Shown here: positions 52,362-62,844 of the stretch, in pieces
How the letters are laid out: the number at the start of each line of letters is the position of its first letter
Numbering within the stretch: position 1 is the stretch's first letter
Sequence record: MK250017.1
Strand: one strand, 5' to 3'
DNA: 64,000 nt
The notes under the pieces: model-generated
The model's input: only the letters and a program-made list of their open reading frames with translations
What the model was told of the DNA's origin: nothing
Database searches by the model: none
Program-made: the position numbers and the translations under genes

Positions 52362-55300
52362 ATGAAGGTAACAAAACGTGATGGTAGTTTTGAGAATTAT
52401 AGTGTTTAGACAGTTAAACGTGCAGTTAGAGAAGCGTTTAAGTCAACAAAGACTAAATACTCAAAAGACACAATTTCGAATATTGTAAGTTCTATTACGC
52501 CATATGATGGCATTCCTGTAGAAGAAATACAGGATCAGATAGAAACAAGTTTGTATTCTCATGATCAGCCTAAAGTTGCAAAAGAATTTATTCTTTATCG
52601 CAATAAGAAGAAGGAAATCAGAGAATGGGTTGCTAATAAAGAAGCATTTATTGAAAGATATAAAAATGCATCAAATACTGCAAATAGTACAATTGATGAT
52701 AATTCTAACGTATCATCTAAGAACATCGGTGTATTAAATGCAGAAATTCATAAAGGTGATAATATTCTTGTAAGTAGAGGAATGATTACAAGAAAGTTAA
52801 AAGATTTATTCCCTGATTTTAAAGCAAAACAATATCAAAAAGATTTAAAAAATCATATTATCTATAAGAATGATGAATCAAGTTTTGCTGGTGCTATAAG
52901 TCCTTATTGTGTTAGTGTATCTATGTATCCATTTCTTAATCATGGATTGGAAAAGATTGGAGGTTTATCATGCCATCCACAAAATCTTGATTCCTATTGT
53001 GGTATGTATGTAAATCTTGTATTTGCAGTTGCAGCACAATTTGCAGGAGCAGTAGCAACATCAGAATTCTTGGTATATTTTGATTATTTTGCACGAAAGG
53101 AATTTGGAGATGATTACTATTTGCATAGTAAAGAATTCTATAAGATTGGTCCAAAATATCGTAAGTTACTTAATGAATCTAATTACTGGTGTAAAGATGT
53201 AGATACACTTAGAAAACATGATTTTGGTACAGATGAATTAAATAAATTGAGAGATGAACTTGTTTATAATTCAGAACGACCATTATCTGATGAAGAACTT
53301 AAAGAATATGAAACAGAACTTTCTAAATATGATGTAGAAGGTTCAATAAAAGATTTTACAAATCCTATTAAGATTGGTGATGGTACAAGAACTATTGGTT
53401 CATGTATACAACAATTCTTCCAACAAGTAGTGTATTCAATTAACCAACCCGCGGCAAGTCGTGGTCTGCAATCTGCATTTGTAAATTTCTCTTATTTTGA
53501 TAAGCCTTTCTTTGAAGGTATGTTTGGGGAATTTGTATTTCCAGATGAAGAAGGTACAAGACCTTGTTGGGAAAGTGTTTCATGGTTGCAGAAAGATTTT
53601 ATGATTTGGTTTAATAAAGAGCGCCTTCGTACTATAATCACTTTCCCTGTTGAAAGTTTTGCATTGGTATATAAGGATGGAAAGTTTGTAGATGAAGATT
53701 CTGCAGATTTTGTTGCAGAAGAATATTCTCGTGGTCATTCATTCTTTACTTATATGTCAGATACTGTTGATTCATTATCAAGCTGCTGTTTCGATGGTGA
53801 TACACCATTTATGTTTGTAGAACCTCTTAATATGGAAGAGCATGGTGGTAATAATGCATATATGGTTTCAACTATTAAAGATGCATATGAAAAATATAAA
53901 GATGATATAATTAATGTATATCATATGAATTTTAATGGTACTACAGGTAAATGTACAGGTGAATGGGTAAATGCAAAATTTGTAAAAGCACAAGCTATTC
54001 AGGAAGTACGAATTTATTTTAAACCAGATGATTTCAATCCAGATGAGTCAAGGAATGTAATGAGAGTTACGCCGGATCATATATTCCCTGTTATTGATGA
54101 TAATGGATTTATTACAGATAAAAATGCATATTTGTTACAGACTGGAGATCAACTTATTTTTGAATATGCACAATATATGGGATTATTTAGAGATGAATTC
54201 CCTGATAGAGATCAAGATTTAGTAAAACGTGCTATTTCAAAAGTTGAAATTGTAAATCTTGATGAACCAAAGGATTATTATTGTGTAGAGTTATGTGATA
54301 AAAATATTGAACCATACTTTTTGTTACCTAATGGAAATATTACACATAACTGTCGCCTTAAGAATAAGATTCAAACAAAGGAATTTAATTTTACAAATGG
54401 TAACTTAGGGATCAACTTGGGTCCTTTATGTGCTTAATTGCTAATCAAGCAATGTATTAATATAGCGATATTAATGCATCGGTGAAGCCTAAACATAAGT
54501 TGTGAAACTATATGCATGGTAATACCGAACCAAGTTAATAAATATGTTATAATTTTACATTTATAATATATGAATAATAAAATATTTACAATTTACAAAA
54601 TATCATTTCCAAATGGAAAAGTATATATTGGTTAGACATATCATTATCATTAGAGAATTAAAGAACATTTAAATGAAATGAAACATAGTGATTATAAATT
54701 ATATAGAGCTATGAGGAAATATAATATAAATGAAAATAATTTTTCTATAGTAGAAGAAAATATTTTAACATAGAACGATGCAGATAATAAAGAAATATAT
54801 TATATCAATTTATATGATAGTTATAATAATGGATATAATTCTACATTAGGTGGACATGCTGCAACAATAACAAAAATAGGAGAAGAACATCCTAAAGCTA
54901 TATTAAATGATAATGAATTATTAGAATTAAGAAAAATTAGATATTCTATGAAATATACATTTGGAGAAGTATATGATATGTATAAAAATAAAATGTCAAA
55001 AAGTGGTTTTTCAAAATATTGGCATTATTATACAAGACCTGAAATCGGAGAAGAATATAATACTGATGAAGTAAATAAATTTTATAAATCTGATAGGAGA
55101 ACAAGAAGAGGTATATTACATGCAAATTCAAGAAATTTATCAGATGAAGAAGTTTTAAATATAAGAATACGATATTTTGTAAATGGTGAAAAAGAAGATG
55201 ATATTTTTAAAAAATATAAACACTTATATTCAAAGAGTGGTTTTAATAAAATATTATTTGGATAGTCATATATGCATGTAAAAATGCCTATTAAAACAGA

Positions 55301-56546
55301 TAAGTGTAAATAGAAATTACCATAGTTATCAAAAGAAGAAGTAATTTCATTAAGAGAACAATATAATAATGGTAAGTCTATTAATGAATTAAAAGTTGGA
55401 AAATATGAAAAATATTCAATGAATAATTTTAGAAATATGTTAATAGGTAGAACATATAAAAATTATTAATGTGTGTGGAGGTCATCCCCTAAGTGATGAG
55501 CAGGAGGAGTAGGGCTACTATTGATACGTAGCAGTATTTTAGGAAACGAAGTACTTTAAATGCCGAAATAGTGCAATGTTTATTAACATAATAAACATAA
55601 GATATGACCCGGACCATATAGAAATATATGGAGAAAACGTCAAACAGGTTCAAAATCTGTAATAACATTAAATCTTAGTCGTATAACACAAGATTGGTTT
55701 AATAGTGTTAAGAAAACAGGTGTAACAAAAGAAAATGTAGAAGAACATTATGATGAATTGTGTCATTATTTTGGTGACATTCTTGATAGAGTATACAAAT
55801 ATCATACTGCATATAATGAACTTCTATGGGATATGTATGATGCTGGTTTGCTTCCGGTATATAAAGCTGGATTTATTAGTTTGAATAAGCAATATTTAAC
55901 AATTGGATTAAATGGTCTTAATCAAATGGCAGAATTTTTAGGAATTACATGCAATATAAATCCTCATTATGAAAAATTATGTCAAACAATATTTGGATAT
56001 ATTAAGCAGAAGAATCAAGAAGCTGCAGGTATGTTTAACGGACACAAGCTCACGTTTAATACCGAGTGCGTACCAGCGGAAAGTCTTGCAATAAAAAATT
56101 ATAATTGGGATAAAGAAGATGGATATTGGGTAAGTGATGATACAAATCTTTATGCATCTTATATTTTTAAACCAAATGACAAGAGCTTATCAATTTTCGA
56201 TAAAATTACATTACATGGTCGTGATTATATCGGAGATTTCTTAGATGGTGGTTCTGCGGCTCATCTTAATTTATCAGAGCATTTATCTAAGAAACAAATA
56301 AAACATATCATGCAATTTGCAGCACAGGTAGGATGTCAGTATTGGACATTTAATGTACCTAATTGTAAGTGTGAAGATTGCGGATATATATCAAAAACTC
56401 CATTTGATAAGTGTCCAAAATGTGGATCAGTTCATATAAGTTTATATGACCGTATCATTGGATATTTAACTAAAATTTCGAACTGGTCAGATGGACGTCA
56501 ACAAGAACAAAAGACACGTGTTTATCTACATAGTGAAAATATTTAA
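52362..56546 (+). CDS. nrdD: class III anaerobic ribonucleotide reductase, join(52362..54412,55640..56546); 985-aa precursor, 797 aa after intein removal
   Basis: ATP cone MKVTKRDG (TAG at codon 16); SLSSC|intein|CRL; spliced NGNLGIQTGSKSVITLNLSR; VPAESL; CxxC..CPKC; glycyl-radical RIIGY. Confidence 0.93.
53787..54350 (+). mobile_element. cis mini-intein in NrdD (188 aa, no endonuclease)
   Basis: Block A CFDGDT; block B VTPDHIF; block F YYCVEL...YFLLPNG; terminal THN then Cys+1. Confidence 0.92.
54413..55639 (+). mobile_element. group I intron (1227 nt) with GIY-YIG ORF in nrdD
   Basis: GGGAT|...AAAACG|TCAAAC; P1 guide GGGTCCTT; P4 TCGGT 54479 / ACCGA; P7 GAGGTCAT 55478 / ATGACCC 55604; S-like AAGATATGACC; P9 CCATATA-GAAA-TATATGG. 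Confidence 0.92.
54570..55469 (+). CDS. intron-encoded GIY-YIG endonuclease (299 aa, 6 TAGs)
   Basis: TIYKISFPNGKVYIG-TAG-T, RIKEH, LYRAMRKY, EIYYI, NGYNSTLGG; HTH-like C-terminal repeats. Confidence 0.9.
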
Positions 56547-56572
56547 GTTTTTATAACCTATTTTATTTTTAA
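56530..56572 (+). repeat. 43-bp direct repeat, copy 1 (nrdD 3' end and stop)
   Basis: ATAGTGAAAATATTTAAGTTTTTATAACCTATTTTATTTTTAA, identical at 57723-57765. Confidence 0.95.
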
Positions 56573-56610
56573 TAAGTTATAACATATACTTTATGTTATA
56601 ACTTATTTTT
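56571..56610 (+). terminator. intrinsic terminator after nrdD
   Basis: AATAAGTTATAACATA / TATGTTATAACTTATT followed by T-run. Confidence 0.75.
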
Positions 56611-56677
56611 ATTTAATAGTATTAAAGGTTTATCCTATTATTCAATTAGATAAATATTATAAATGAAAATATAATAT

Positions 56678-57739
56678 ATGAATTATAATAAAATTTATAA
56701 TAATATTATTAATAATGCAAAAAATCGAAATAATATAAACAATCAATACTTTGAAATACATCATATTATCCCTAAATGTATAGGAGGAACTGATGATGAT
56801 AAAAATTTAGTAAAACTTACATTACGTGAACATTTTATATGTCATGAATTATTAGTTAAAATATATCCAGATATACAATCATTAAAATGCGCATTATGGA
56901 TTATTTGTATTACGACATTAGAAGCAAAAAAAGAATATATAACAAATAATATAAAATATAAAAATAATAAATTACCTATTAATCATAGAGTACAACATTT
57001 TTTAAATGATTTTGAAAAACATATTAATATATCTTCAAGAGATTATGAATATTGTAGAACATTATATTATATAGCAACAAAAGGGAAAAAACGAACTGTT
57101 GAGCAATGTAAAAAAATTTCAGATGCGACAAAGCATGCTATGAAAGATCCATCTAGAGTACAATTAAGAAGAAAAGGTGTATTGGGTAGTAAATTTTATT
57201 ATGATTTAATAACAAATAAATCTTATAAATGGTTTCCGGGAGATCCAGATATTGATTTAAATAAGTATGCGTGGGGTAGAGGAAAGAAAATGAGTTTAAA
57301 ATCAAAAACATTAATGTCTGAAAATTTATCAAAATATAAAAAAGTATATTATTATAATGATAATTTAAAATCATCTACATGCTTTTGTAAAGATTAGATA
57401 AAAATATTACCTGATAGTTGGCATTTAGGAAGAAAATTCGGCGGATATAATAAAATGAAAATATTTATTATACCATTATTAAGAAATGTACATTTTAAAT
57501 TAGTATGTAATTAGCATTTTATTGATAATATATTTTATCATATTAATTTATTAAACAAATAGGAAATAAGTATAGGTATATTAACGATTAATGAAAAAAT
57601 ATTAAGTGACTTAATACAAAAAAATATTGATATTAATGATGAAAAATATATTACAATAATATATAACAATATATTAAATAATATAAACCAAATTAAAACT
57701 ATTAATAATAGCGTTTATTTAAATAGTGAAAATATTTAA
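56678..57739 (+). CDS. free-standing HNH homing endonuclease, T4 Mob-like (353 aa, 3 TAGs)
   Basis: EIHHIIPKCIGGTDDDKNLVKLTLREHFICH; ATAAATA 56650 upstream; ends VYLNSENI-TAA inside repeat copy 2. Confidence 0.85.
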
Positions 57740-57765
57740 GTTTTTATAACCTATTTTATTTTTAA
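57723..57765 (+). repeat. 43-bp direct repeat, copy 2 (end of the HNH gene)
   Basis: Identical to 56530-56572. Confidence 0.95.
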
Positions 57766-57770
57766 ATTTT

Positions 57771-57806
57771 AATGATTCCAGTATACTACTACTGGAATCA
57801 TTTTTT
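57771..57806 (+). terminator. intrinsic terminator
   Basis: AATGATTCCAGT / ACTGGAATCATT followed by T-run. Confidence 0.8.
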
Positions 57807-57891
57807 ATTGATTTTTTCTAATAAAAATAGATGTTTTAATCAACTTTTTATATGTTTTTCTATATAATTTTTAAGAAAAAGATTAAATAGT

Positions 57892-58599
57892 ATGAATTTA
57901 TTTGATAACGAATTTGATGATATAATTGATTCAGAAACTACATCTTCATCTGTTTCTACAGAGATGAGAGTTAATGAATTTAAAAAATGGAAGCAAGAAG
58001 TATTAAGTTTAAAAAAGAGAAAAGATGATATATATAACCGTAGAAATATAGTTCATAATATAGATGATATAATATTAGAAGGAAATTCAGTTACTTTAAT
58101 TTTTGATTCTAATGTTGAGAAAAATGTTATATTATGCCCTATTAATTATATTATATCATGCCCTCTACCGATCAATAATATTAATATAGAAAATAATACA
58201 GAAAATGATATACGATTAATTTTATATTCACCAAGAAAATATAATGATTCAAAATTAGAAGAAGATATTGTGAATAAAGATGATTTAGAAATGTTATCTC
58301 TTATTAACTTTAATAATATGAATATAACAGATATATTATTTAGAGGTACATTTTCTACATTTGATGATTATCATAAGTATCTAGATATTGTAAAGAACAA
58401 ATTTAATTATGCTACAATATGGATGAATTACGAAACACGTATAGAACATCCTGATACTACTATAAAACCATTAAAAAGAAATAACTGTCATATATCAGCA
58501 TTATTGAGATATGATGAATTAATAGATACTATTATTTACAATGATACTGTTAATATATCATATTGTAATTTTATTAATAGTGGAATATTGCAAAATTAA
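57892..58599 (+). CDS. hypothetical protein (235 aa)
   Basis: ATG-TAA; CAACTTT 57841 / TATAAT 57863 upstream. Confidence 0.7.
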   Translation: MNLFDNEFDDIIDSETTSSSVSTEMRVNEFKKWKQEVLSLKKRKDDIYNRRNIVHNIDDIILEGNSVTLIFDSNVEKNVILCPINYIISCPLPINNINIENNTENDIRLILYSPRKYNDSKLEEDIVNKDDLEMLSLINFNNMNITDILFRGTFSTFDDYHKYLDIVKNKFNYATIWMNYETRIEHPDTTIKPLKRNNCHISALLRYDELIDTIIYNDTVNISYCNFINSGILQN

Positions 58600-58609
58600 C
58601 TAGTTAAAA

Positions 58610-58786
58610 ATGGAAAATAAGAGAAATAAGTTATTTTACGTTATTATTATTGTACTTATAGGTGCTTGCATATATTTTGCAAGTGAAAAAACATATTATG
58701 AAATGAAGGTACATCAATTGCAAGAAACAGTAGATAGGCAAGCTGGTGCAATAGAAAGTTTAGAAAGACAAAAGATTAATTATTAA
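58610..58786 (+). CDS. small TM plus coiled-coil protein (58 aa)
   Basis: LFYVIIIVLIGACIYFA then heptad-like segment; below the track cut-off. Confidence 0.55.
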   Translation: MENKRNKLFYVIIIVLIGACIYFASEKTYYEMKVHQLQETVDRQAGAIESLERQKINY

Positions 58787-58791
58787 AATAT

Positions 58792-59757
58792 ATGGATGAC
58801 AAATATTTAATTATATATCATAAAGAAGATAATGATGGCTTATTTTCAATGGCTATCATTTATAATTATTTAACAGAAGAGAAACATATAAACAGAAATA
58901 TGATTTCATTATTTGGTGCAGATTATAATATGATGGAGAATATAAATATTCATACAGATATTATAGATCAATATGATTATGTATATATTACTGATATTTC
59001 ATTTGATACTGCAGAAACAATGAGAGAACTTAAGAAAACATATAGCAATAAGCTTACATGGTTTGATCATCATGCACCTATGATTAATAAATCAGAAGAG
59101 TTACATTTTGATGATATTCCTGGTACAAGAACAACAAAACATTCAGCATTGTATAATGCATTTACATATCTATATAATTTTGTTGGTCGAATTCCTGATT
59201 TATTTAAGGTATTATCTGCGTGGGATAGTTGGAGTTATGAAACAGAAAATATTAATTTTGATTTTTGTAGATATGTAAATATTGGTGTAAATAACAAATA
59301 TGATTTGAATACTAATAAAATTATTAATTATGTATATGATATTATATATACATATGAGCCTATTGAATTATCAGCTCAAATTAATGAACTTAAGGATTTA
59401 GGTAAACTTGAATGTAATATTATAGATAGAAATAATAAGAATCTTATTAAAACATATGGTGATTTTACATGGACAGTTGGACCTGATAATAGAAGTGCAT
59501 GTGCATTGTTTATTCAGAAACCTACAAATTCACAAATATTTTCTTCATGTAAAGAGAGAGTTCAAAATGGTATTGTATTTAAGCGTCTAACTGATGGTAT
59601 GTGGGCAATATCATTATATAATCCTATTGATACGCATGAATTTCATTGTGGTAAATTTTTACAGGAATATTATCATGGTGGTGGACATGAAGGTGCTGCA
59701 GGCGCACAAATAGCAGAAGATGAATTTATTAAAATATTAAAAGCTAAACATATTTAA
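58792..59757 (+). CDS. DHH family phosphoesterase (321 aa)
   Basis: YHKEDNDG, ITDISF, WFDHH, GGGHEGAAG. Confidence 0.88.
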   Translation: MDDKYLIIYHKEDNDGLFSMAIIYNYLTEEKHINRNMISLFGADYNMMENINIHTDIIDQYDYVYITDISFDTAETMRELKKTYSNKLTWFDHHAPMINKSEELHFDDIPGTRTTKHSALYNAFTYLYNFVGRIPDLFKVLSAWDSWSYETENINFDFCRYVNIGVNNKYDLNTNKIINYVYDIIYTYEPIELSAQINELKDLGKLECNIIDRNNKNLIKTYGDFTWTVGPDNRSACALFIQKPTNSQIFSSCKERVQNGIVFKRLTDGMWAISLYNPIDTHEFHCGKFLQEYYHGGGHEGAAGAQIAEDEFIKILKAKHI

Positions 59758-59760
59758 ATT

Positions 59761-59800
59761 AAATAGGAGAATAGTTTTTCGTATACTATTCTCCTATTTT
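59761..59800. terminator. bidirectional terminator between convergent genes
   Basis: AAATAGGAGAATAGT / ACTATTCTCCTATTT. Confidence 0.85.
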
Positions 59801-62800
59801 TTATTTGTCATTATTACTATTTGTATCTAATGTATTTTCATCTATATCATTATTATTCGAAAATTCTACTTGCTAATTTGTATTTTTAGTCATGTAATTT
59901 GTAAATGTTATTAATGTGCCTGGTATTCTATCTGAACCTAATATCGCTTTTACAGATTCCCAGAATTCTCTTTGTTTTATTGTATCTGTTCCTATATGAT
60001 AATGTTTTGTTGTTGCACCTGTATCATCTCGTGCCTATTCTATATAAGCAGATACACCATAATCATAGAATAATTTTAATATAGTAGGACTTTTCATTAT
60101 AATATTTGTCATAAGTTCAGTAAAATCCATACCGTTATTAATAATATCTATAGCTTCGCCATATAAATGTCGTGAATTATTCTTTTTAAAATACATTACT
60201 TCACCAATAGCATTCATACATTTATAATAATCATATTTTTTTATAAATGCATTACCATCAACTTTATTACCATATTCATCTACTGCCCATCTTCTTCCAG
60301 ATACTAATTTACATTTATTATCAGATTCAGATAAAATAGTTTTATAAATATCCTTCATAAAAGATTTTAAACCAGTTAATGGTATAGTAGAACCAGCTAC
60401 ATAATCAGATTTCTTTACATATTGATCTATCATATCCATATTAAAATTAACTGCCTCTACTGTTTCTTTTCCGTGTGCATTATATATAGTACCGGCTTCT
60501 TCTTGTTCTTGCTATTGTTCATCAGTTGTAGAACTTATATTCTATTTTCTCTATGCAGTCACGACTGCATCTTCAGATGTTTTTGCACCTTTAATATGTT
60601 CTGCTCCATATCGTTTTAATGCATCATAATATGCCATTCTAGCAAGTTTACCATTTCCAATATCTACTAATACAATAGTATTTGCTGTTTTTTTATCTAT
60701 TGTTTTACCTGATTTATCTTTAATTTTAGATGGTACTGGCCATTCTCTTCTAACTAATTTAACATTTGTTCTCCAATTTGTACCCTAACCCTAATCATTA
60801 TCAGTATCGAATACCCATTCAATACCATCTATAATATACCAACCAGATTCTGCTTCATACATGCATTCTTCTATTTTTGTACGTGCTTGACCAGTTCTAA
60901 TAGCTTGTTCTGCTCTATTTAAATCCATTAAAACAATAGGCATTTTTTCACCACGAACAATACTTAAGTTTGCACCATTTAATTCAACAAGTAAATACTG
61001 TTTTTGTAACTATAATAAATTTCTCATATTATGTTCATATGCAACTTCATAAAATCTATGAGTATTTCCAGATGACATCATATTATTTCCGGTTCCTTCA
61101 AGATTTGCTGCATCTCCATCAGATTGTTGATTTGTAATTTTCTCTGGTTCATTTTTATTTGATGATTGAGTTTCTGAAGTAGCCATTGCAGAATCACCAC
61201 TTGCATATGTCATATTTCTTCCAGGTCCTAATAATACGAAGAAATCATTATCTGCTCGTGTTGGATCAAATTTTGTTCTATTTAAACATAATGAAAATTC
61301 AACACTATAATTAGGATTATTTGGATCTATTAAACCTGTGTTAACTGATGAATATTGCATTTTACAATTTAATCCCACAAAATCCTATATTTCCTATGCA
61401 TTATTAAGTAATCTCCAATTATTAACATGATATACTGTTGCTGCTTCATTATCATCTGTAATATTAGTAAATATCTTTGTCTATATATGCGGTTTTACTT
61501 TCTATTCTTCATCTGTTTTAGTTGCTGCTTTACCATCAATAGCTCTATTATTAATAAATGTATTTGTCCAGAATGTCATATCTATTGATTCATCATAACC
61601 ACTTTCACCTAATAATCTATTAATATTCATGAAAGATAATCCATATCTCGGATCTATCCATGATTCAAAAAATGAATTAGAATCTTTCCATGCATGTGTT
61701 GTCAAATCATGTAAAAACATTTCTGGTGATTTACAATTACACCAAACCATTACATCGTTTGTATCATCTGGATCACAAAAGAAGAAACTTAATCTTAAAC
61801 GTTTTGCAAGATCCATCATAGCATCTCGTGATGAACCATTAAAATTATATCTAGATTCTTCATTTCTTAAATCTGGTACATATAATTCTCCGGTTATAAT
61901 CTATGTCTAATATTTCTGATATTGCGTCTAATCCATCTAATCAGAAACAACATTTGTAATTCTGAAATCACATCTCATAGACTTAATCATTGCATGTCCA
62001 CTCTGAAAAAATACACTGCATCTATCACCTTGCTTTACAAAATCCTTTTTTAATAAACCAGGGTCTGATGTAGTTACTATAAGTCTCATCGTAGGTAAAA
62101 CACCTGTTAATGGCATTTGATAAATTTCATACTCATTATAATTCTTATAATAACCGGTTTCCATAGAAAAATGCTATATTTCTGTAGATTCAAAATAATG
62201 ATCATTTATACGAATTATAGGATATACGGCACCTTTATTATACCATTGATTCTCTTTAATATTAGGACTTGTTACATCTGGTACTGAAATACCAATTACA
62301 TCAGGATTATTAATATCAGCGCCTAATGGTAATGAACTACGAGGATTATCTTTATCTTTATTTCCCATTGAATCCTCAAATATACCTTTATTTGAAGAAT
62401 CTTTAGAACCTTTACCATTGTCATCAGAATCATTTGCATTATCTCCAGTATTTGATGTATTCTTATTTGTTCCTGAAGAATCATTCTCTGACTCATCATT
62501 TGTATTAGAATTATCATCATTACTTCCATCAGAATTAGATGTATCTTTATTAGATGTATCAACCATATCTAATATTTTATCTTCATCTGATTTTGAATAA
62601 CAAACACCACCATATTTTCCTGAACCATAATCAATAGTATAATTAAAAAAATCTTTCTTTATTATCTAATTTGTTGTTACATCTTTATATACTTTTGTTT
62701 CTGTATATAATTTTGCATTCTTACCTTTAAATATGATATTATAAGTATTATTTATTGTGTCAGTATAATAATAATGTGTTATAGTTTTATCTGATGATAC

Positions 62801-62842
62801 TTCTCCTTTTTTTAAATATTTAATACCATTTATCGTTAACAT
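59801..62842 (-). CDS. baseplate hub-like protein with C-terminal M15-type zinc peptidase (1013 aa, 18 TAGs)
   Basis: Five track ORFs (62174, 61937, 61502, 61010, 60035) share one frame from ATG 62842 to TAA 59801; GWYIIDGIEWVF...WRTNVKLVRR; SRHLYGEAID (H-x6-D) and HYH. Confidence 0.7.
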
Positions 62843-62844
62843 AA

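Noticed and set aside
54413-54437. NrdD ending in NLGPLCA, with 55758-56546 as a separate gene
   Set aside because: These residues are read-through into the intron; splicing restores GIQTGSKS and one reading frame.
58610-58786. Spanin or holin call for the small TM protein
   Set aside because: Not in a lysis cassette and no partner lipoprotein nearby.
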